A stretch of DNA of 64,000 bases from Octopus bimaculoides (lineage: Eukaryota): positions 57,476,846-57,540,845 of the forward strand of contig NC_068981.1 in assembly GCF_001194135.2 (NCBI RefSeq). The letters are read 5' to 3'. Below the pieces are notes generated by a model. It saw only the letters and a list, made by a program, of their open reading frames with translations, was not told the DNA's origin and ran no database searches. Position 1 is the stretch's first letter. The number at the start of each line of letters is the position of its first letter. Made by a program: the position numbers and the translations under genes. This document shows positions 12,623 to 24,700 of this stretch, in pieces.

Positions 12623-12756
12623 TCAGAAATTCATATGAGACTGTTGTTGTGCCATTTGCTCTACAAGTTCTGCCCTTTTCTTCAAGTTTTCCACATAATT
12701 TGGGAGCTGATTTGGAAAATCAGCATCCCAAAAACTGATGCAACCAAACAGATCTG
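12623..12756 (-). CDS. LRRK2: LRRK2 terminal exon (last WD strand and C-terminal helix)
   Basis: (A)[43 protein letters not shown]; TAGCAG tandem acceptor (start 12756 or 12753). Confidence 0.92.
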
Positions 12757-15700
12757 CTAAATAATGTAAAATGAAAAACTAATATATATATATATATATG
12801 TAGTGAGAGAGAGGGGGAGAGGAGAGAGAGAAACAAACAGAGGGAGATACACACAAAGTTCATATATATATATGAAAGCACACTCCTGCGGTTATGAAAT
12901 CCTGCCTCATCTGCCTTACTCTCCCGACCTTGCACCATCTGACTTCCACCTCTTTCCTACCATGAAGTCTTTTTTGAAGGGGAAGCACTTTTCAGATGAT
13001 GAACTTATTTCTGAGGTAAAGTCTTGGCTCCAGATACAACCTACCAACTTCTATAGACAAGGTCTTAACAGCTGCATAAAGCGATAGCAGAAGTGTGTCA
13101 CCATTGGTGGTGGTTACGTAGAAAAGGACTAATAATTATGCCAAGTTTCATTTATCCCAGTACTTGGGAATTAGGTCAGGGGAAATCTTTAATGAACATT
13201 CCTTGTTGTCCATACATATGTACGTACAAACAAATGTGCATACATACATGTGTACATACATATGTATGTACATACATACATACATACATACATACATCAA
13301 GTTGGGAGTGCTTGTAAATATTATGAGCATTGCCTTTCTTCCCTAGATTAATTTATTTTAAAAAATGATTTAAACATAGTTTACCTTTTCTATTTAAGCC
13401 AAGTTGAGGACGAAATCCATAACTTCCACAAATGATTTGGGAAGATGAGCCAGTACCTGTATATAGATATAAATATTTATCTTTTATTATGCATTATATA
13501 GGGTGTGTACAATTTTTATATGAATAATTATTCCCAGGTGAGAAGCCATCCTCATTAGGTTGACAAACCCCCATTATGCTGTTACTGTCCAGCATTAAAC
13601 TGTAACTATCCATGATTGTTCATGAGAATTTTACTGCTGTGGGCAAGAATCAAAATAACACCAGAGATTGGAATTGAACAATCTGACTTTGTAAAGGATG
13701 CTGGCACTAGGAATATTTTTGTATTGCGAAGGAACTCAGAGTGGGTGGTGGAGATACAAAAAAATGTCTTCATGTGTTTCATAGATTACAGAAAGGCCTT
13801 CAACAAAGTAAGACATGACATTATTTGAAGAACTCAGTAACCTTGATATTCATGAGAAAGACCTCCAAGTCCTGAAGAGCCTGTACTGGAACCAATCAGT
13901 GTTCATAAAGGTGGATGGAGACCTTTGGCGATGTGCTGTGCTTGACAGGACCCATCAAGCCAAGTGCACCCGTGCTGGTGGCACGTAAAGAACATCTTTT
14001 GAACATTGGACCGCACAGAAGCAAAGTGGCTGAGTTCCTTTCAAGCGTTGAGCCTCACAGTGGCAAAGTGGCTGAGTACTTTTCTAGTGTTGGGCCTTAC
14101 AGAGGCAAGATGGCTGAGTTCCTTGCAAGCATTGGACCTCACGGAGGCAAAGTGGCTGAGTTCCTTTTGAGTGTTGGGCCTCACAGAGGCAATGACCAAG
14201 ACCTTTGGCATTATGTTGTGCTTGAGAAGAAGACCCACCAAGCTGAGCAAAATCTCAGTTGTGGCAGATTCCAGTGTCATGCAAATTGGCACCCATGCTG
14301 GTGGTATGTAAACGCACCTCGGTGTCATACAAATGGCACCCGTGTCAGTGGCATGTAAAAGCACTCTCAGAGTGGTTGGCATTAGGAAGGGCATCAAGCC
14401 ATAGAAAACCATGCCAAATCAGACTGGAGTCTGGTGCAGCCTTCCAGCATGCCAGTCCAGTCAAATCGTCCAGCCCATGCCAGCATAGAGAACAGACGTT
14501 AAATGATGATGAATAAATAAGTATTATTACATTTGACAGAATAATCTGAATGCTAAAAGGTCAAACACTGTTAATCTCCAATTTCACATTACTATATTCA
14601 CCTGATGAATTACCTTTGTCTGATAATGAGAGGAGAGATCGAATTGGACCAATGTGTCGGTGTAATGTCATTAGTGGTTGAAGACTGTAGCAGTCCAGCA
14701 AAACAAGATGACCTCCTCCAGTACCAATCCAAAGTATTTTAGTTGCTGCATGAAAACAAGTTGCTGTTATTCTGGACATATTTGTTTCAGTGCTGTAACA
14801 GTAGAATTATATTTTAATTAGCTGTAAGTCTCATAATTAATGAGGAAGGAAATAAGTTGTTGCACTTGTAGCAGCGTTACATATTACATAGTAATATGTG
14901 AGTCAACCTGCACAGCTACATATTACATAGAATTATAGGAAAATGTTTTTTATTTTTGATGAATGATTTACAGTGACCTAATATGCCACAATCTGCAATC
15001 AGGGATTAATATATCCAGTGATTTTTAAGAGGTATGTAAAAGATTTTTTAAAATTTCGTTTCCAGGTAATATTGTAAACATTGACCTAGTTATCTTCTAA
15101 ATAAAGCTCTTCCCATTTGTAGCTTAATATCTATGAACTTGGTCTTTTCCTTAAAGTTTTACATACTGGAGCATTATCATAATTTTTAGTCTTTATAGAA
15201 ATGTGTCTAGACAAATTTTGAAATTTTGATCAAACTGTTCTTATCCTTTTCTAGCTCTTTTGGGTACTACTTCTACTAGTCATATGTATTTGACTTGCAG
15301 CTAAGCCAACCTCCTCCCACTACACCCATAGGGTATAAGCTAGAGTCAAGTATATCTGTACAAATTAATATGAGATGATTTTTGCAGTAATGCTTATCAT
15401 ATTTTTATTGTAGACAGTTTGATAAGGTTAGCTTCTTCATCATATTATGTCCCAATTACTGTTTCTCTAAACTTGATACATTTTAAAACCAGTTAGTGCC
15501 AGAGCCAAGGTGGTATTATTTCTGTAAACAAAGTTGGTTACTCTGGTTCAATTCCTGGCAGCTAACACTTCACTTATCTTGCTAATGTCTTTGAAAATGA
15601 CATCCATGTCATAACACCAGCTTTCTTGTCACTTGAAGTCAATAAGATTGATCATACATTGATAGATACTTCTGATCACAGAAGTTTCAGAAATTGGTTC

Positions 15701-18700
15701 TGTTGATCACAGATAAAAAAAAAAAATTTTTTTAAAAACAAAAACAAAAAAAAACAATATCAGCTTCAAGTAATTATTAGAATTTCTTTATATTATTCAT
15801 TCCTGTCAACAAGTAGTTGATTACATAATGACTAAGGATTTGGAAAATATCCAAGACTATATAATGATCATAAAATGTACTTTATTCTTAGTTAAAAATC
15901 ACTTATTGTTATATCAGCAGTTCTTAGGCATTCATGGAACATAAACCCTGAATAATATAAACTTACTCAAGGAAGTGAATGATGTTTACACAATTTCTTA
16001 GACATTCTTTAGATATATCCCACATTTCTACTGTACTGCTACTTCGGTGAGTTATGTACATCATTTTGTCATGAAACATCATTTTATTTATCATTTGAGT
16101 ATTCTCATCAATGATGGACAAGCTGGAAAAAAATGAAATTAAAGAAAAAATCATTTTTTAAATAAAGAAATATATTGGTTTCACATGTTAGCACAAGGCC
16201 AGCAAGCTTGGGGGGAGTGGGTAAGTTGATTACATCGACACCAGTTTTCAACTGGTATTTATTTTATTAATCCCAAAAGGATGAAAGGCAAAGATGACCT
16301 TGACGGAATTTGAACTCAGAATGTAAAGAAAGGCAAAATGCCACAAAGCATTTTGCCTGGCATATTAACAATATTAATATCTAATATGTATACCATTTTA
16401 TAATTAACTAACAATAAAAAGAACAATTATTGAAAAGAAATACATGTATAAAATGACACATTAGCAATTAAGGAAGAATATCAGGAGTAAATATAAATAT
16501 TGATAACAGATTTAGGCACAAGGCCAGCAATTTCAGGGGAGGGGCTAAGTCGATTACACTGATCCCCAGTATTCAACTGGCGCTTATTTTATTAACCCCA
16601 AAAGGATGAAACACAAAGTTGACCCTGGTGGTGTTTGAACTCAGAATGTAAAGACAGACAAAATGCTGCTAAGCATTTTGCTTGGCATTCTAATGATTCT
16701 ACTAGCTTACCGCCTATGAGTAAACAAATATTAACAACAAATACATTTGCAAACAACAAAGCTATATTCCTTATATCACACCCTAGTAGTAGAAGGAACC
16801 TGTGGAAGAGGTAGACCCAAGAAGAACTGGGATGAGGTGGTGAAGCATGACCTTCAAATGTTGGGCTTCACGGAGGTGATAACAAGTGACTGAGACCTTT
16901 GGAGATATGCTGTGCTTGAGAAGACCTAGCAAGCCAAGTGAGACCATAACCATGGCCTATGCCAGTGCAGCATAACCGGCCCATTTAAGAATACTTTTCA
17001 GTCATTGGGCAATAAACTGCGCTTGCGAAGACCTGTTGAGTCAAGTGAAGTCACTGTCATGGCTGATGCCAGTACCGCCTGATTGGCACCCATGCTGGTG
17101 GGATGCAAAAAGCACCATTTGAGCATGGTCGATGCCAGTGCCACCTAACTGGTCCCGTGCCAGTGGCATGTAAAAAGCACCATTGAAGCATGGTCGTTGC
17201 CAGTGCTACCTGACTGGCTCCCATGCTGGTGGCATATAAAAAGCACCATTCAAGCGTGGTTGATGCCAGTATCGCCTGACTGGCCCTCGTGCCGGTGGCA
17301 CATAGAAAGCACCCACTACACTCTTGGAGTGGTTGGCATTAGGAAGGGCATCCAGCTATAGAAACTTTACCAGATCAAATTGGAACCTGGTGCAGCCTGC
17401 TGGCTTGCCAGCCCTCAGTCAAACCATCCAACTCATGCCAGCATGGAAAATGGACATTAAATGACGATGATGATCTATTAATTAATTATCAATATCCATA
17501 ATATTTCTTAATTTTATATTTTATTTTAATATCAGGTTATTTCTGTGGACAATCTATTTCTAGGACAATCTACAAAACAGAACCTTTCTATGCATCCTGA
17601 TCATTTGAAATATTATGAACATGAGTTAATATTTTCAAGTCCAAATTAGCTACATTTTCTTCATGTCTTTCTTAGTCAATTTCTTTCATTCCATAACGAA
17701 TTTCAACATCCTTTTACTCAGCATGCCACATTTATTGTTATGTATAATCAATCATATTCACTGTCCAGTGATTTTTATATTTAATGGCCACATCAACTCA
17801 TTAGCACTAAATTTCTCCCATAAATTAACATAATGCATATGGAACACATTATTTCCTTCTGCTTCAGATTCTCTACATTTACAATATGTTTTCCAGCTGT
17901 ACAGTAGAACACTTCCTACAGATGTCTCATATAATCTGTCTTTCACTTTTCAATATTGAGCTGTCAATACAGGAGCCTCTTCTGGCCACCCCACCCAGCT
18001 ACTACCTTGACACCAACCTTAACTAACTAACCTTAATTCAGTAGTATGTTAATCACAGTCAAGCGTAAACATATGCCTGACCAGAGAACCAAAAGTTAAA
18101 TCCTGTATTTCATTAGTTTATCCCTTGATTCTCTTTTCCATAAAAGATAAGAACATTACCAAGAGCCATCATATTTTCTCTTCATTTTCCTTGCAGTGAA
18201 ACAGAAGCAGTCATCTCTATCGTAGATTTCTGAATCAAACTCTGAAGATGAGAAATGCAATTTGTAGACAAATATCCCACAGCTTGCATAAATTGAATCA
18301 CCATGTTGTTGAATACACAGCACAGGTTCATTCAATCCAAAAGAATGAAGATATATTGGAGAATTGTTACCTTTCTGGAAAGATTTAAAATTGTAAAACA
18401 TAAGAAAACTACAATACCAGTCATTGAAAGAGTACTTTAAAAAAACATGAAATCAAGTCTTGCTCAACTGCCACATTGTGCTATTAACATATTCTGATTT
18501 AATAACTAATAGTTAAAATTATCACTTCAAATTTGAAATGTTTAATCTTAAGAAATGTATAAAATATCTAAAATTCTAAATTTGATGAACAATTCAATTA
18601 AAGAGATTACAGAAAATCATTTTAAAAAGTTATATAAAAGATTTTGAACTCTAATATTTTACATCCTAGAAAAAGTTGCTTTTTGGAATCCAAAATCCAA

Positions 18701-21700
18701 ATACACTTACCTCAATCAGAGAATCTAGCTTAAAAACAGCAACATAGCCATTTGCAGTTCCAGCCAAGATAAATTCAGTAAAGTCAAACCTAAGAAAGAA
18801 AAATAAGAGGCACAAATAAATAACAGAGATATGAATTTTAATGTAACTTTATTTCTTCCAATATAAATTTTAAGAGTCATGGTTGTGTAGTTAAGAAGTT
18901 TACTTTGCAATTATGTAGTTTCAAATTGAGTCCTAGTGCATGATACCTAGGACAAGTGTCTTCTACTATAGCTCTCAGGTCAATCAAAACCTTGTGAGTG
19001 AATTTAGTAGATGGAAACTGAAAGAATTCCATTGTATGTGCATGTATGTATGTATATGCATGCTGTCTTCTATTTTTAATTATCTGAAATTTTTCTGTAA
19101 GGAAGGGCCTGGTTTCTATCAAAGATACAAAGTTCCATTGTTAGAATGTAGATAACAAAAACAACATCACATGTTGAACACAAAAAAAGTCTTGCATATT
19201 TTTATTGCTCCACTTACAGATAGTATTTATAATGTCCATGTTAGGTGGTTGATTTCTTTTTCTGGAAACCCAAGCTTTTCTAGACTGGCAAAAACACAAT
19301 TACTAACAAAACAAGGCACACCAATTATTATTGGCATAAATACAAATTTATAATCTGGGTATAGCTGAAGGTTTCAAAGTAACTGTTCATAGTTAGGAGA
19401 TATTCACATCAGCAGAGAAGCTGACCTTTAAGAAGTTTTCCTTGTCTGTCCCAAACAACTATGTGGGCTGTTATGTTTGCATCTGGTGGAAGTTTTGATG
19501 AGAATATCCCATCAATATTCAAAAGTGTGATGTGATGTAGCAGTCATGAGTCCAACAAAAGCTGCACTTTATATTGCTATTACTGTTGTCTTCAAGTCTT
19601 CAGAAAACACCCATAATAATCATTTTTCATTTGGCATGCTGAGGTGTGATTGTCCAGCTGTTTTGGGGTTGTATAAGAGGTTGTCAGGAAGAGAATTATA
19701 TATATAACATCATCATCATTTAATGTCTGTTTTTGATGCTAGCATGGGTAAAATGGTTTGACTGGTGTTGATAAGCCAGAGAGCTGCACCAGTCTCTAGT
19801 CTGTTTTGATTTGGTTTCCACAGCTGGATGCCCTTCTTAATGCCAACCACTCCAAGAGTGCACTGAGTGTCTTTTACGTGTCACTGGCATGGGTGCCTTT
19901 TACATGTCACTCGCCCAAGTGCCTTTCATGTGTCACTGGCACTGGCCATGACTATGATTTCATTTAGCTTGACATGTCTATTCCAGCACAGCCATTTATC
20001 AGAAGTCTCAGTTACTTGCCATTGAATCCATGAGACACAACATCTGAAGGTCATATTTCACTACTTTGTTCCACATCTTCCTGGGTCTACTTAAGGTGCT
20101 TCACACTGGGACTAAACCCAAAATCATATGGTTAGGAAGCAAACTTGTTTACCAAACAACCATGGCTGCACCTCTTACTTTATTTTTTTTTCTATATTAA
20201 TATGCATTATTGGCTGTTAGATATATTTTATTGTTACAAAATAATAGTGAAGAAAAATGTTGATATAATATATTTTTATGGCTCCAATAATCCTATTATG
20301 ATGAAATTTTTTATTGTTAATTTTCACAAGAAATTAAAATGGGGCAAAGAAAGTCCTTTTACAAAAGAATATAATGATAATCTAATCTGCAAGAGAGCCT
20401 TTATGCAGCTATTTGGTCCTTTAGAAATATCAATCAAATCTCTCTCAAATTATCTTAAAAGCCAAAAGAACACATTAATAATGTAGTTCTAGATAACCAT
20501 AAACATAAACAAAAAATACAGGTTGGTTACGGCTGAAATTCTCCTGACATAGGATATGGTGAATTAGAGCTAAGAAACAACAGCATAGTGATATATAATT
20601 TGTCTCACCGCCTGTAGCTGCAGATACAGAGAACTGAGTCGAGTAATTGCACACTGCTATGTAAGAGGATTTTCTTCTCTGCATCAAATACTGCTATACT
20701 TCCATTGATACATCCCAACAATATCACATGTTTAGCTGTATGCAGACAGAGAGGTGTCTGTATGTTAACAATAAAACCCTTAAGAGAAAAAGGAAAAAAA
20801 AAAAGAAACTATTAAAGAAATCATTCACATAGAATTGCTAGTATTTGAGTAAATCATATTTAAAAAAAAAATATTGTTAGTCATTAAAAAAGGAGGTAGT
20901 ACCCAGACCTGTGTAGAATTTCCCAAATGAGTGAAATGAAGTTGGTTGATACTCAGCCTGAATAGCTGCAAGTTAATGTCTGGAGGAAGGGAAAGGTTAT
21001 GGAGGTTTGGTCCAAATACAACAGTGTGAGTTCCACTAAAGGTAATGAAGGTTCAGATTTTGGTGTTAATAAAACAGTATGTTAAGTCTACAGTGTAAAT
21101 GAAATGAAAACAAGTCACTATTGACAAAGTTTCAGATGCTATTTCAGTATTAGCCACCTCACCCCACCCTGCCCCACAAACTGACACCTTTTCATGGGTT
21201 ATTTTCAGTAACTGTTTACATTCATTTATTTTAATTTTGTTTGATATATTTATGCAAGGCAAACATGTGGCACTGTTAAGATATATTTCTTTAATAAGTT
21301 CATTTCAAGTGTTTGAGACAAACATTTTTTTTTTACCTTATTCGGTTTGTTTCATATATTCAACATTTCAAATGCCAAAGAAAAACAGGGTATTGTTTTA
21401 GTCAAAAAGTAGCCATGTCAAAGACTCAATAACAAGATATCTTTCTATTAATGCTCATGTGAAAAGAACCAAATGAAAAATTGACAATCTATGTGAAGTA
21501 ATACTGAAACAGAACTGAAATTCATCTTTTTGTAGTATGCTGAAGCCAAATTAGTTTGATAAAGCCCAATCTTTTCTAGGCTGTTGGATATGGCTGAAAA
21601 TTACGGCTTTGAAGTGAGTTAAATGGAAATGAAGCTTGCATCAGAGACCTAGCTGGCTGGGAGCTCACCACTAATGTATAGAATTACTACATGTAATCAA

Positions 21701-24700
21701 GCCTTCCCGATATCAACTTCTTAATTAAGAATGAGGTTAAGATTCATATGGAAGAAATATATAGAATGTGTTTGTCCTTTAGCAAGAGTATTAGAGGTAC
21801 AACAAAACAAATAAGCTTCAAATTGTGATTGAAACTATCTCAAAGACTACATATTTGCTAGAAAGTTACTTCTTATTCAACTATAGTCCATTCTTGGTAT
21901 CATTTGATTAAACACAGAAGAGCAATACTTTATAGTGGGAGTATTGTAATTGAGTTAGCTCAGTGCATGGCTGATACTTATTTCATCAATTTTAGAATAA
22001 AAGGCAAAGAAACAAAGTTAATATTTGAACTTGGAAAATTAAAAAAATAAATAACTATTGTAAAAATTTTAGTCTGGTGCTCTACTGTTTTTGTCACCTG
22101 AAATATTTTTAAGTTGAGCAAAAATGTTTTTTTTTATGTAAATTGGTTGCATAAACTCATGTGGTTGAGGGGATCATATCAAACCATGTGGTTTTGAGCT
22201 TTATGCTATGGTGCAGTATCTTGGGCCTTCTATATCTGCCAGTGAAATTTGGTAGATGGAATTGTACACAAGCTAATCGTGTATGTGTGTGTGTGATGTA
22301 CACATGTGCTCACATGTGTGTATTTATGCACAAACATATATATAAATACATTGTGTGATGGGTAAATTGTCGGCATTTTATATTTTTAATTTCATGCATG
22401 CATGTTGTTTGTTTTTGATTTTGTTGACTACACAGTATGGTAGGGTCAGTTGGGCACCATCTGTGAGAAAAACAGCACCATGATGCAATTAAGTCTGCCA
22501 GAAATTTGGAAACGAAATGTACTGCTTGGCATTCATGCCGAAAGGTCCAATACAAACATTTCAGAGTGTTTGGGTGTCAATCTGAAGATAGTGCAGAGGA
22601 TTCGGAAAGAGCTGGATGAGTCTAATGGTGATTACGAAGGTAATGATGATTTTGAAGGTATGGCAGTTCAGAAAACTCACTCTGATCATTCTGATAAGAA
22701 CTCCTGAATTTGTTGGTGAGATCCAGGCCATGATTGACAATGATCCCTCCAAGTCAACCAGGTTCATTGCCAGGGACATGGGAGTGTCTGAGTTTCTCAT
22801 CAGGCAGGTAGTGCATGAAGACATTTGGTATTCCTCATAAAAGATGAGAAAGGGCTAATTTTTATCCCAAGCCATCAAGGGCAAGAGGAAAGACTGCATT
22901 ATGAAGCTTTTGAACATACTCAAGCATCCCCTCCAACAGAACATGCTTTGGTTTTTCTCAGATGACAAAAATTCCTGCCAGGATCAGATGGTGAACACAC
23001 AGAACAACCGTTGGCTTGCCATGTCCCCAAAACATGTACTGAGAGTGATAAAAATCAAACATCCAGTCAATATCATGGTGTTTGGAGTGATCACTAGTAA
23101 TGGTGATGTTATGTCTCCATTCATCTTCCCACATGGCCTCAGACTCAACACAGAGGCCTACATCAGGTGCATGGAGGAGATAGTGCTGCCCTGGATGAAG
23201 AGGGTGGCTGCTGGAAGACCCTATGTCTGGCAACAGGACTCTGCACCATGCCACACAAGCAGGAGAATCCAGTCATGACTGTCAGACAATTTTTGCCACT
23301 ACATCACCCCTAACATCTGGCCACCTAAGTCCTTAGACTGCTTGATTATCATGTCTGGGGTGTAGCTGAGCAAGAGACCAACAAAACACCTTGTAACACC
23401 AAAGATGAACTGAAGGCAAGGATTAAACAAGAAGACCGTCCAGAAGAGTTGCAGGAGATTCTGAAGTCATCTGGAGGCCATGGTTGAAGCCAATGACAAT
23501 TTTATTGGATAAATTTGCTCTTTAGTATTTCAAGATATTTTTATGTAATTTTGGTAAATATATCTGTTAAAATGAGATGTCAGTGATATTTTCATTTTTG
23601 CGTAATTTAAACAACAATTTATTCACCACATCCTGTATATATATATATGTGTGTTTGTATAAGTGTGTGCCTTTGTTTATGCTTACCAGTGTAAAACTGA
23701 TGTTATGTCAAAAAGCATATATTAACAACATGGCCACAATCCAATGGCTGAAACTAATAATGGAATAAAAATATTATAAACTAAGGAGGCGACTTAAAAT
23801 TGAAATCTTTATTTATACATTTAATGTAATCTTCATACACAGTGCATATGCACATCTGTATGAATGCTTATATATTTACATGAAAAAGCTCTGAACTACA
23901 AACAGTGATGATTGCTGACATTCCTGTTGATAAAATCGTCCACTTTCGAAAATGAGTGGAATGAAAACTCCTCACTTGAAAAACAAGCAAAGATTAACAG
24001 CAGGAATGGCATCTGGCAGTAAAACAATACTTTAGTAATATGAATTTGTTTAACCTATGCTAACAAAAAAAAAAAAAACTTGGATGTAGAATGGATGAAG
24101 AAATGAACAGAAGAGAAAATGATAATTCTGAAAAAGTAAAAATAGAAATTTAAATTTGAAATGAAAGGCTTTTAGGTGTGAAGGAAACAAACCTGGAGGT
24201 TCACTGCTGTATTGTTAAGTTCAAGCCAAGAGAGCTCCATTTTTGTTTCTGAATCACAGGTCAGCCACAGCTCATTTTCCTCTGTGTTATTTTTCTGAAT
24301 ATAGAAAAAAAAAAGTGATGATATTATATCAAAACTTACATTACTTAATCAAAAAAAGAAATTTAGAGCAATAAAAAGGAACAATTAGAAATAAAGTAGT
24401 TGGAGATAGTCAAACTAAATAATTTACAGTAATTAGTTGAATCTCTTTTGATTCTGATTTCGAATCCCTATGTATTTAACTTTACTTTTCATCCCTCCTG
24501 AGTTGGTATTAATTTACCAGTAATACACTGCGCTGATTGAATTAAATTAACTGTCTTGTCTATGGATACAATGCACTGCTAATATTGGTATGAAAAATTA
24601 ACCTCTTCTTGAATGGTTGACCTTGGCAGGTTCCAAAAAGAACATCCACCTCACAACATTTTTTTGTACTTCACCTATGTCATGTCTGTGACTATACCAT

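Noticed and set aside
14774-14776. Ser at the position of human G2385 (G2385R risk site)
   Set aside because: As I recall, this position already varies among mammals, and the local alignment is loose, so it is not informative.
14006-17312. Regularly spaced 42-bp and 66-bp repeats suggesting CRISPR-like arrays
   Set aside because: Units are head to tail with no unique spacers, sit inside RTE 3' regions, and have no cas genes in a eukaryotic context.
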